DNA from: Chiloscyllium plagiosum
Lineage: Eukaryota
DNA length: 64,000 bases
Reading direction: 5' to 3'
Assembly (NCBI RefSeq): GCF_004010195.1
Contig: NC_057736.1
Coordinates: forward strand, 15,808,338 to 15,872,337
Every line of letters starts with the position of its first letter. The stretch's first letter is position 1. Shown one piece after another: positions 26,054 through 37,576 of this stretch. A program made the translations under genes and the position numbers. The notes beneath the pieces were generated by a model. The model searched no databases and was not told the origin of the DNA. It saw only the letters and a list, made by a program, of their open reading frames with translations.

Positions 26054-28299
26054 GATCCATATTTCTTTTAGCTTTAAAATACTGATGGAAAAGTATAGAC
26101 CAGATCTAAAAGTTGAAGTTCTTAACTGAAGAAAGGCCAATTTTGACAGCGTTAGGCAACAACTTTCTAAAGCTGACTGGTGGCAGATGTTTGCAGATAA
26201 AGGGATGGCTGGAAAATGGGAAGCCTTCAGAAATTTGATAATGAGAATCCAGAGAAAATATATTCCTGTTAGGGTGAAAGGAAAGGCTGGTAGGTATAGG
26301 GAATGCTGGATGACTAAAGAAATTGAGGGTTTGGTTAAGAAAAGAAAGGAAGCAAATGTGAGGTATACTCAGGATAGATCAAGTGAATTCTTACAAGAGT
26401 ATAAAGGCAGTAGGAGTATACTTAAGAGGGAAATCAGGAGGGCAAAACAAGGACATGAGATAGCTTTGGCAAATAGAGTTAAGGAAAATCCAGAGGGTGT
26501 TTAGAAATACATTAAGGGCAAAAGGGTAACTAGGGAGAGAATAGGGCCCCTCAAAGATCAGCAAGACAGCATTTGTGTGAAGCCACAAGAGACGGAGGAG
26601 ATACTAAACGAGTATTTTGCATCAGAGTTTACTGTGGAAAGGGACATGGAAGATATAGACTGTAGGGAAATAGATGGTGACATCTTGCAAAATGCCCATA
26701 TTACAGAGGAGGAATTGCTGGATGTCTTGAAATGGATAAAAGTGGATAAATCCCCAGGACCTGATCAGGTGCACCCTAGAACTCTGTGGGAAGCTAGGGA
26801 AGTGATTGCTGACCCTCTTGCTGAGATATTTGTATCATCGATAATCACAGGTGAGGTGCCAGAAGATTGGAGGTTGGCTAACGTGGTGCCACTGTTTAAG
26901 AAAGGTGGTAAGGACAAGCCAGGGAACCACAGATCGGTGCGCCTGACCTCGGTGGTGGGCAAGTTGTTGGAGGGAACTCTGACGGACAGGATGTACATGT
27001 ATTTGGAAAGGCAAGGACTGATTAGGGATAGTCAGCATGGATTTGTGTGTGGGAAATCATGTCTCACAAACTTGATTGAGTTTTTTGAAGAAGTAACAAA
27101 GAGGATTGATGAGGGCAGAGCTGTAGATGTGATCTATATGGACTTCAGTAAAGAGTTCGACAAGATGGTTAGCAAGATTAGATCTCATGGAATACAGGGA
27201 GAACTAGTCATTTGGATACAGAACTGGCTCAAGGGGAGGAGTCAGAGGGTGGTGGTGGAGGGTTATTTTTCAGACTGGAGGCCTGTGACCAGTGGAGTGC
27301 CACAAGGATTGGTGCTGGTTCCAGTACGTTTTACCATTTATATAAATGATTTGGATGTCAGCATAAGAGGTATGGTTAGTAAATTTGCAGACGACGCCAA
27401 AATTGGAGCTGTAGTGGACAGCGAAGAAGGTTACTCTGATTACAACAGAATCTTGATCAGATGGGCCAATGGGCTGAGGAGTAGCAGATGGAGTTTAATT
27501 TACATAAATGTGAGGTGCTGCATTTTGGGAAAGCAAATCTTAGCAGGATTTATACGCTTAATGGTAAGGTCCTCGGGAGTGTTACTGAACCAAGAGACCT
27601 TAGAATACAGGTTCATAGCTCATTGAAAGTGGAGTCACAGGTAGATAGGATAGTGAAGAAGGCGTTTGGTATGCTTTCTTTTATTGGTCAGAGTTCTGAG
27701 TACAGAAGATGGGAGGTCCTATTGTGACTGTACAGGACAGTGGTTAGGCCACTTTTGGAATATTGTAGCAATTCTGGTCTCCTTCCTTTCTGGAGGATGT
27801 TGTGAAACCTGAACGAGTTCAGAAAAGATTTACAAGGATGTTGCCAGGGTTGGAGGATTTGAGCTATAGGGAGAGGTTGAATAGACTGGGGCTGTTTTCC
27901 CTGAGGTTGAGGGATGACCTTACAGAAGGCTATAAAATCAAGAGGGACATGGATAGGGTAAACAGACAAGGTCTTTTCCCTGGGGAGGGGGAGTCCAGAA
28001 CTAGAGGGCATACATTTACGGTGAGAGGGGAAAGATATAAAAGAGACCTAAGGGGAAACTTTTTTATGCAGAGGGTTGTGCGTATGTGGATTGAGCTGCC
28101 AGAGGAAGTGGTGGAGGCTAGTATAATTACAATATTTAAAAGGCATCTGGATGGGTATATGAATAGGAAGGGTTTGGAGGGATACAGGCTGGGTGCTGGC
28201 ATGTGGGACTAGATTGAGTTGGGATATCTGGTCAGCCTGGACGAGTTGAACTGAAACGTCTGTTTCTGTGCTGTACATCTCTTTGACTCTATGACTCTA
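26054..28299 (+). mobile_element. CR1 LINE ORF2 (end of endonuclease region through RT) plus 3' tail, disrupted
   Basis: ORFs 26187-26504 and 26577-27626 (KSPGPD, QHGF, GVPQG, FADD), plus 27488-28212; tail GACTCTATGACTCTA. Confidence 0.96.
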
Positions 28300-28502
28300 A
28301 TGTTACTATTGTCAGCATCCAAAGAATGCGGTGGTGTCTGGGCATCAGGAGAGAGTGGTAACTCACTGTTTTGGTTCACACAAAATGAATAACTGCTTCG
28401 GTGAGATGTTGGACCATGAGCGTCAATGGAGTAAGAGCCACAGCCCACAGAAACTGCAACAAATCAATGAACAGGCTTTAATTCAAGGTTCCTTGAAAGG
28501 TA

Positions 28503-28862
28503 ACAAAGAATGACACCACTTTGACTAGGAAACACACACACATCCTAGAACAGGTGAAAGAAAGACACGCACGAGAATTCTTAGTGGCATGGCATTTTAA
28601 CTAGAACTCCATCAATAAACGCATCGATTTAGACCCTATGTACCTTCTCTTGAAAGAAAGAACTGGAAATGACAGCACCCACCTTAAGAATCCAAGACCT
28701 ATAAATAGAGAGGCAGGACATACCACCAACGTTTCACTGGAGACTCTCACTGATGATGTTACCTAGTCATGGTGACGAAATGTCTGAAAACAAACCTTCA
28801 AGCTCAGTAATCTAACTTGCATACTTATCATCAACCTGAGCTGCAAATCTTCTCAAAAATAG
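28503..28862 (+). mobile_element. Penelope-like element C-terminal (GIY-YIG region) remnant plus 3' end (family 3-related)
   Basis: Decayed translation HFD..ILEQVKERHAREFLVAWH..NSINKRIDLDPMY, followed by a hammerhead motif and a GAGCTGCAAATCTTC end. Confidence 0.75.
28747..28787 (+). ncRNA. Minimal type I hammerhead ribozyme motif
   Basis: TCA-CTGATGA-T-GTTACC-TAGTCAT-GGTGAC-GAAA-TG-TC-TGA. Confidence 0.65.
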
Positions 28863-29205
28863 CTAACACCTATCTTTCAATTATCCTGGAGATTTGAACA
28901 TAAAAAATTAGACTAACATTCCAGTGCAGTACTGAGGAAGTGTTGCATTGTTGGAGGAGCTGCTTTTCAGAGGAGGCACTTACCCTAGACCCTGTTTTCA
29001 CCCTTGGTTGGATGTAAAAGATGTCACTGAATAATTAGAGGAAGAGAGTGGAGTAGAGTCCTCCCTGTCTTCCTGGCTAATGATTATCCCTCAATGAAGA
29101 TCACTATGAAACATGGCTAATTATGAGTGTTAGCTGTGCGTACATGGGCTGCAGTGTTTTCTACATTGTAATATATTGCAGTTCAAGGTGTATTCCTTGG
29201 CTTGT

Positions 29206-29335
29206 TTCCTGATGAAGGGCTTTTGCCCGAAACGTCGATTTTGCCTGTCCTCGGATGCTGCCTGAATTGCTGTGCTCTTCCAGCACCACTGATCCAGAAT
29301 CTGGTTTCCAGCATCTGCAGTCATTGTTTTTACCT
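29206..29335 (+). mobile_element. Penelope-like 3' end (family 1) starting at the hammerhead
   Basis: TTCCTGATGAAGGGCTTTTGCCCGAAACGTCGATTTT..GATGCTGCCTGA..CAGCATCTGCAGTC. Confidence 0.85.
29207..29238 (+). ncRNA. Minimal hammerhead ribozyme motif
   Basis: TC-CTGATGA-A-GGGC-TTTT-GCCC-GAAA-CG-TC-GA; core intact, stem I very short. Confidence 0.6.
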
Positions 29336-32300
29336 CTGTAAAATACACCTGCACATCCTCAGGTTTATAAAGGCACTATCCGCTACACCTCCAATTTTTT
29401 TGAACAACTCATCTGAATTACCGCATTTCGGACATGTAGAACTTCTCTGAGTTCCACCCTACCCTGAGATGCTATAAAATGTTGAATTAAATCCGAAAGT
29501 AACAACTGCGCCTCAAAAGTAAAACTTCATTGATTGGAAAGTAATTTGAGATTGTGAAAAGTGGTTCATAATTGCAACACTTCCTTTTTTTCCTGGATGT
29601 AGCGCTGGAGCAGGAATTGGATACATATCCTCTGAACAGGACTCTGGGTGGAATGTTTTCATTGCTAGTAACTAATCAGATGCTTTCGGGGCCAGCTTCA
29701 TGGCAGTGAGGAGTAATGGTAGAAAGAGTATGGAGCTAATAGAGCAGTTACACTGAAGGGGTAATTGATGACTATATTAGTGAATGTCAATGAATCTAAT
29801 GGTGGGACATATATATATGAAAGTAGTCCAATCGAGATGACTGTCTTGCTGAGCTATGCTGCTTGTACCATTAATCTAGTATGGTTCAGCAAAGTATCTT
29901 TGAAAAGAAATAGCACATCTCATCACATTTTTGAATGTGTGGCTGAGATGCCAGCCTGTTGGCAAAAGTCACCCATTATTGCCATCTACTAGTTCTTTGC
30001 TGTCGCCACAAGACCAATTGCAATATCAAACTGAAGAAATCAGACCAGGAGAAAGTCAGGTGGTGTTCGAGCCTTTACCATTTAATGTGATCATGCTGAT
30101 TTACTATCTCAACTTCACTTTCATCGATCTGTTAAGTGCCTCCAAAAAGTTTAAACTTATGAAGTACTTTTGATGGTGTAACATGTCAGAAGGTGCTTTC
30201 TAGGAGTGTTATCAGGTAGAATTTGTCACCAAGCAAAATACAGAGAGATTGGGGCAGGTCAGATCAAAGAGAGTATGTTTCCAGATGCCTATTTAAGGAG
30301 GAGAGGTAACGAGGGAATTCTAATGCTTAGGGTCAGGGTAGCTGAAAGCACACTACCAGTGGTGGGGTGCTGCAAGTCAGGAATATGTAAGAGGCCCCAA
30401 GTACTAGCTCCCCTCTTGTCATATACCATCATGACCTGAAGCAGTATTCCTTCACTCTCTCTGGACAAAATCCTGTGCTTTTTTTCCAAACAGCATTGTG
30501 AGAATGCATGCACTGGACTACAACAGATCAAGACTGTGCCTCAGCATCATCTTTTGAGTGCAAGTAAGTCTGGCAACAAGTGCTGCGATGCTCAATTAAC
30601 ACAAAGTAACAGTAAAATGAAGTCAGAGGGTTGTAGGGCTAGTGGAGGTTTCAGAGACATGATCCAGGTTGACATTCTTGAGCAGACTGAGGGAACACTG
30701 CACTGTAGTACCAGGGGCACTGACTTTTGAAAAAGAGATAAACTGGAGCCCCATCTGCTTGTTGGTTGGACATAAAAGGTCTTATTGTTCTATTTGAAGA
30801 AGAGCAGTGGTGTTCTCCTTTATGTCCTCAGGTCACTATGTAACCCTCAACCAATATTACTAAAACAGATCAGTATCATGTGGTTGTTTGTGGGTCTTTG
30901 ATGTTATAAATTGGTTGCCTTTCCCACATTAGAACAGTGTCTACACTTGAAATGTACTTAAGTGACTATGGGGCTCTTTTCAACATGCTGGACTTTGCAA
31001 GTATCTGGCTGGGTCATGTATTGAAGTATCTGGGGTGGGACTTGAACTCAGACACACTGACTCCGGTGAGAGTATCCACTGAGGCACATCTGCCACTATC
31101 TGCTTGCATTAACTGGAGTTCTGCCCCATCTAGGTACAGAGCTTCAGAGCTCCTTGTTTCCAAGTCCCATACAACAGCAATGTCTGACTAAGAAATGTCC
31201 AGTTTCATGTCACTCTCAGATGAAAAGAACAGAAAATGCTGAAGAGAGCTGGAATGATGTTTCAAATGGAAGGACAAAATAACTGTTACATCAGTGGACT
31301 TGAATATCATTACTCAATGAACTTCCTATGGTCCCTCATTGTAATTGGCAGCTTTCATCAAGCCATTCCTTAAACTGCTAGTTGTGAATTGAATGGTTTT
31401 CAAAGCTTGGGCAATTCTTCTGTGCTGTTTATGTTTTGATTGACTAGACATTAATGCGAAAGATTCTCTCTTGGCTGGAAAACATAATTCATTCTACTCA
31501 GGTAATATACGTTGGGGTCAGAGGATTGTAGTTTTCAACTCCATGTCACTTACCCTGACTGTCATTCCCTGTGGGGTATTGAGGGAGTAGTGTATTATTA
31601 GGAGTGCCATCACTCAGAATGAGGTGTCTGCCAAATTAGGTGGGTGGAAAAGATTTCACAGGATTTTCAAAGTTGAGCAGAAGAGTTCGTCCTGTGTCCC
31701 AGCTCTGTTTATCTTTCATTGAACTTCACACAAAAAAAAACACCCAGACTATCTGGTTATTGTCCAATTGCCGTGTGTGTGTGTTTACTGTGGACAAATT
31801 GTTGCCAAGTTTCCAATATGACGATGCTAACAGTTTTCTCCATTACAAAAGCAACTCTCGGAGCAAAGTGAGCAGAAGGGACTGAGATTGATGACCACGT
31901 GGAGAATAGATAACATTGCAGAATGAATGAACCAACTGACCTGTTTCTGTCATGTAATTTCTATCTAAGTCATTAATGATGGTATGTAAATGTATTTAAG
32001 TGTAATCCCGAGTGTAACACCTTCAGCTTTTTTTTTAACACCACAATGACTTTGTATGTTTCTCGCCCAGGAGATTTAAACAATCATCTTGCCTGATTTA
32101 TTGCTCAGAATTGGGCCTGTTACGTGCATGAGGATATTGAAGTCTTCATCAATCAGCAACAGGATAGACTAAAATAGCTCTTGTTCTATATGTGGATTGT
32201 GTTGATCACACTGTTGAGTAGTGAGTGCCCGAACTGCTTAACCACTTGTTCTTATCCCCAGAAAATACAAGGCTTAAAGGAGAACTGATAAAGATTTTCC

Positions 32301-34323
32301 AAATTATGAAGGGTTTTAATAGGAAGAATGTGGAAATAACATTTTCACCTGTGGATAAGACCAGAACAGGGTGGGGGTATCAAAATTTGGTCACTAACAG
32401 ATCAAATAAAGGATTTCAACAGAATTTCTTTACACAGAGAGTCGCAGGATTGTGGAATTTGCTGCTCTATTAAATGATTGAAGCACTGAAGGTGAAGCAT
32501 TGAGTGTACCCGGGGGTAGGGGTGAAGGGTAGGAATTTGAGGGATTTTATTAATCTTTAGTTATTCTTTCATGGGATTTTGGTGTCACTTGTAAGGGCAG
32601 CATCTGTGCCCATCCTTGAACTTGTTACTCCAGTTCAGAGGACAGTTAAAAGTAAACTACATTGCTATCAGTCCTGAATCTGCAATTTGAAATCCTGCTA
32701 CCATTGTGGGGCATTGAGTTTTTAAGGCAGTCAATGACAGCTTAGTGGTCACCTTCAGGAGAATAGCTTTCAATTCCAGAGTTACTAACTGAATGTTAAT
32801 GTCGCCACATGCTGGGTGTGATTTGAATCCCTGTTACCAGAGCTTAAACCTGGACCTTTAGTATACCAGTCTAGGGACTTTACCACTATACCACCATCAT
32901 CGCAGTGTAAGGGAACAGCTCATTAAATAAGGAGGAGGCTTACACAAAGTATAACCATCAGGATAGATCCGAGGCACCAAATACACTATTTCTGTACTCT
33001 TTGCTGTCCATTTAGGAAAACTGCCTCAGACTAAACAAGGGGGTGAAGTTGATGGTTCTGATAGTTTCCAGGATGACTGGCCTTACCAGAGGAGCAAGGG
33101 TTACAGAAACAAACATTTGGAATCACACATCAAACCAGGAGACCATTTATATTGCATGTGTCAGCCAACAAGGGCCCATCAAGTTTAAAGCTGACTTTCT
33201 GGCTCTCAGTCCATAACCTTGCAGGATCGATGGAAGAGGAAAAGCTGTAAGCTGCACAATGAATCAAGCCACACTTCCTACCAGCTTGTTTGACAACACA
33301 GTGCTCTTTGTTGACTGTGAAACACTTTAGAACTGAGGGCATGCAGGTCGCTATATAAATGCAAGGTTTTTTATATAATGTCCCACTAAATGTAGCACTT
33401 TCAGGAATAGTGCCCTGAAGGGAAATAATAGAATGAATCCATGGCGTTAGTTTAAATTGGGCAATGTAGAAGTCTGTTTACATAATGATATAATAATTTA
33501 ATCTTAAACAGAGTAGGTTGAAAGATCAGATCTGTAAGTAGGATAAGAAATCCTTGGGCAATGACTCAAACAGAATGTACTGTTGACCGTCCACAGCGGA
33601 TCCATATCTCCTGAACTTGCTAAGATATTTATATTCAGTCTTTCCCTTTTTTTGTGTCAGCCAATTTGTAAATCGATCATCATGCTTAAAATCTAATTCA
33701 CTGAACAAATAAATTCTCTCTTTCACTGTCTGTCTCTCACTTACTGCTTCTGTAGTGAGACATTTCATTTATTTCAGCAGAGAGAGCATGGTGCAGAAAG
33801 ACAGAGTGAAGGCTCATTGTTCCCCAGTTGGATCAAAACGCTGCAATTAATTGACCTGCATTGTTTACCAAAGCACAGCCCACTCCTGAGTTTTCCACTG
33901 TGTGTCTGGCTAGGACCAATCGGCCCATAGGAGCATTAGTTTGCAGGATTATCTGTCGAGTTTGGCAGAATGTCAATGCCTGCCTACCAAGGGTCCATTA
34001 AAGGACAAGACTCTGTCCCCTGGAGTACTGACGTGGTTCAGAGTTTGTGCTATCAAGTTCACAATGGTGGGGTTGAAATGGTCAGAACCTCCATGGTCAA
34101 GAACATAGGAATAGGAAGTGTCCATTTAGCCACGCAAGCCTGTTCCTTTTTTGAAATCAGTCCATAACTGATCTACATCCCATTTACTTGCTCCAAGTTC
34201 ATTGTTCTATATTCTTTAATATCAAGCAAACATCCAACAATTTCAGTCAGAAAACTCCAATTGATCCTCCCTCACAGCCTTTTAGGGAGAGAATGCTAGA
34301 TATTTGCTGTTCTGAATCACCAT

Positions 34324-34655
34324 GGGCAGCACGGTGGCTCAGTGTTTAGCACTGCTGCCTCACGGTGCCAGGGATCCGGGTTTGATTCCTACCTCGGGCG
34401 ACTGTCCGTGTGGAGTTTGCACATTCTCCCTGTGTCTGTGTGGGTTTCCTCCTCAGTCCAAAGATGTGCAGGTTAGGTGAATTGGCCATGCTAAATTGCC
34501 CCTAGTATTCAGGGATGTGTAGATTAGGTGCATTAGGCAGGGGTAAATGTAGAGAAATAGGGTAGGGGAATGAGTTTAGGTGGGATACTCTTCAGAGGGT
34601 CAGTGTGGACTTGTTGGGCCGAAAGGCAAGTTTCGATACTGCAGGTAATATAATC
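34324..34655 (+). mobile_element. V-SINE (HE1-like), near full length
   Basis: GGCAGCACGGTGGCTCAGTGTTTAGCACTGCTGCCTCAC head, GGAGTTTGCACATTCTCCC V-domain and a CR1-like tail. Confidence 0.9.
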
Positions 34656-35654
34656 TCACTATAAATTGAAGTTTTTTCCCCTTGTTGAGGATTCTCCTTG
34701 CCTTTACATCTGGACAACAGAGGCTACAGCTTCTCCTTATCGGTCCTATAGAAGTCCTTTATTACACTGAATGTTTTAGTTTGATAACCCACAGCCTTCT
34801 AAACCCAAAGGGAATTCAAACCAAGTTTGTGCAGTGTGTCTTCAACATACAATGGGTTTGATTGGGAACTTGTAGCAGCACCAGGCACCTTGGTGTTCTT
34901 AGTGCTAAACCCAATTGTCTGTGTCAGGTTTACTCACTCCCTGGTGATTAAACCTAGTACTGATAGCTCCTGCTCTCCGAAAGTAGAGCATTCCCAGGAA
35001 ACCATTTGTATGCTGAAATGGTGTAAGATGAAGGTGCATGATTTATACGGGAAAAAATACCGCCATTTGTCACAAAACTGAAAATCCTCTTTGGATAGGC
35101 GAAACAGGTACTAATGTTGGTCTTTCATAAAAGTGAAATTGTGTAAAGCGAATGTTCGAAACGTGGGGGAATATCTGTACCTGCCTCTTGATTCTGCAGA
35201 CCTCACTTTCTCCTCTTGATTCAATCCCCAAGGTTACATTTTGACAGGTGTTTGTAAGTCACAGAGCCCCTCTGCTAAATCTAGCAGTCTTCCTGTCCTC
35301 TATCACTGCATATTATATTGCAAGGCTTGGTTCCCAGTCAACCACTGCCCCTGCTGCATATACAATGAAGGATGGAACACTGAATGGGGATGTCTCAGTT
35401 TACCGAATTTTTGAAACAATTCCCTACAAATTTACCCCACTCTTTGGGCAGCAGAAATCTACAAGTTGGTACTGTTTTTATCTGGAAACATGGTCAGATG
35501 AATGAAACTCTGACTGTCTGTAAATTGGTTCACATAGATGTCCTTGGAACAAGGCACAAGGATATTTCCATTTCCATTGTAAAACAACACAACCGGTGTT
35601 TAAAGTGCTTTTGAAATTGAGTCACAGCTGTAAGGTAGAGAAACATAGAAATCA

Positions 35655-35798
35655 CCAGTGTGCCACTATTGGGCTTCAACATATACAATGGGTTTGATTG
35701 TATTCCTGATGAAGGGCTTTTGCCCGAAACGTCGATTTTCCTGCTCCTTGGATGCTGCCTGACCTGCTGTGCTTTTCCAGCACCACTCTGATCAAAAA
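35655..35798 (+). mobile_element. Penelope-like 3'-end insertion with captured local sequence
   Basis: TSD ATAGAAATCA at 35645-35654 and 35799-35808; PLE part starts near 35703. Confidence 0.8.
35704..35735 (+). ncRNA. Minimal hammerhead ribozyme motif
   Basis: Core identical to 29207-29238. Confidence 0.6.
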
Positions 35799-36349
35799 AT
35801 AGAAATCAGTTTGTAAGCTCCCAAAAATGATCAGACAGTTTTATTTTGATGTTGTTTGTGGGATGTATATTTTCCTTCGCAACAGGATATCTTACCTGCT
35901 CTTCTTCCATCCACTTGCGAGGTCAGGCACAGCTTTAGTTTAATGTTACATCTTAAGGACTGTACCTGCAACAATGCAGCACTCCTCTGTATTGTATTGG
36001 GAGGGGGTGTCAGCCTTTCCTACTTTCTCCAATCTCTTGCTTTAAACTGACAATTTTCTCACTTCAACGTAAGAATGCTCTCAACTGGCCATGACTGACA
36101 CTTGGTCTGTAGTGTCGAGGTTAGATCTTGCTTGACACGTTGCTATGGTGTTCTGGGGCAACAGCCAATAAACAGTGCAGTGATCTTCTTGCATTAATGG
36201 ACCAGTCACTATTGCTGCTAAATTCTGTGTACTTACCATCCTCATCCCCTTTCCTTTGGTGATATTTGGTGATGTTGTGCCAGTGCATTAAATTTAATAT
36301 CTTAGCCTTCACGTCTGTGATTTCAAAACTATTTGCCTATTCCTGTACT

Positions 36350-36632
36350 GATCTCTTCCAACCTTTTATGTTAGGCAGAAGATATAAAAGCTAACACACG
36401 TATCAACAGATTCTTCCCTGCTGTTATTACATTTCTAAATGGACCTCTCAAACCTTAAATTTAATGTTGATTGCACTCTTTGTGAGCCTCCTCTGCAGCC
36501 GTAGCATTGTATTTCTCACTATGTTCTATTACCCTAATGCACTTTGTATGGTATGGCCTGTCTGTGCTGCATGCAAAACAAAACTTTTCACTGTACCTAG
36601 ATACACCTGATGATAATAACTCAATCAAATGA
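36350..36632 (+). mobile_element. LINE 3' end, probably Rex1/Babar-like
   Basis: GGCAGAAGATATAAAAGC..TTCTTCCCTGCTGTTATT C-terminal motif (GRRY.S / FFP.VI), then AAAACTTTTCACTGTACC..AATAA..TCAA tail; family name from recall. Confidence 0.55.
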
Positions 36633-37467
36633 AAAAATATTCTGGATAGCAACCTTTGATCTTTTCACTGTAGTCTTCTTCTGCCACCGGTGATTGAATG
36701 GTCCAATTGTCTCCTTACCCTTTCCCAGTTACCACAGCTTTCCAGTTTCAAGAACATCTGCTAATGTCCATATGCTACCACATGCCCAGTTAGTAACTGT
36801 CTTCCTCAGGTCTCATACAGTCATCGCTTGTGCAACAGCCAGCACCTCTGACCACCCCCTCTCCATGACTCCCCTCATTCTGTCTTCACCTTGCCCTTGA
36901 AATATTAAGAATTGTAGCAAGGTGTCTCCCCAGTGAGAAGCCAGACTGTGTGACAAAGGTGAAGAAATAATATTACTTAAAAGATTCAACACAGGCAGGA
37001 CATAAAAGATATATGTGTGCCACAGGAAAACGTAACTGTGATACAGTGAAGTTTGTGGTTTGAAAATCTGTGCAGTTTCAGGAGAGAGGGATAATTCAAC
37101 TGATGGGAAATGTATGTGGTTATGAGGGAGTGCCTGAACAGTAAACAGTGAGACAGGAAAGCCCAACCTCATGAGCAACAGCTTCCAGCGCATGAGCTAC
37201 AGAAACAATCATCCACAGTCTGTGATAGAGCACACATTAGGGTGCCAAAGGATGGGGATTGTGTCTAGCTTGTTCGAGATTTTACTCATAGCTCCAAAAA
37301 TCTGAGTCCAGCAGAAATATAGAATAAGAGAGCTGCAGGATAGAATCTACTCAAGGAACAAGTGGTCTATATATAGAGTAACAGATAGCTGGAGTAAATT
37401 ATAAATTGAGATCTAATGAAAGGAATTGAGGAGGAGCTTATGCATACTGTTATGACTGTTGCCTCCT

Positions 37468-37576
37468 ATAGTACAATGGTAGTGTCCTGACCTGTAAGTC
37501 AGAAAGTCTAGGTTCAAATCCCACCTGCCGCAGACATGTGTAGTGATCTGTTCAGACAGGTTGATTTTTTAAAAAA
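37468..37576 (+). mobile_element. Short tRNA-like SINE
   Basis: TAGTACAATGGTAGTG..GGTTCAAATCCCACC..CAGGTTGATT; same family as 11762-11871. Confidence 0.55.

Noticed and set aside
26577-27626. 349-aa RT ORF as an active or domesticated gene
   Set aside because: Flanked by stops and frameshifts, lacks the VPHGRL segment seen in the 600-1289 copy, and has degenerate motifs; a dead CR1 copy
34324-34395. tRNA gene
   Set aside because: A/B boxes continue into a V-domain and a LINE tail, so this is a SINE head; the same applies to 7960-8031 and 21278-21360
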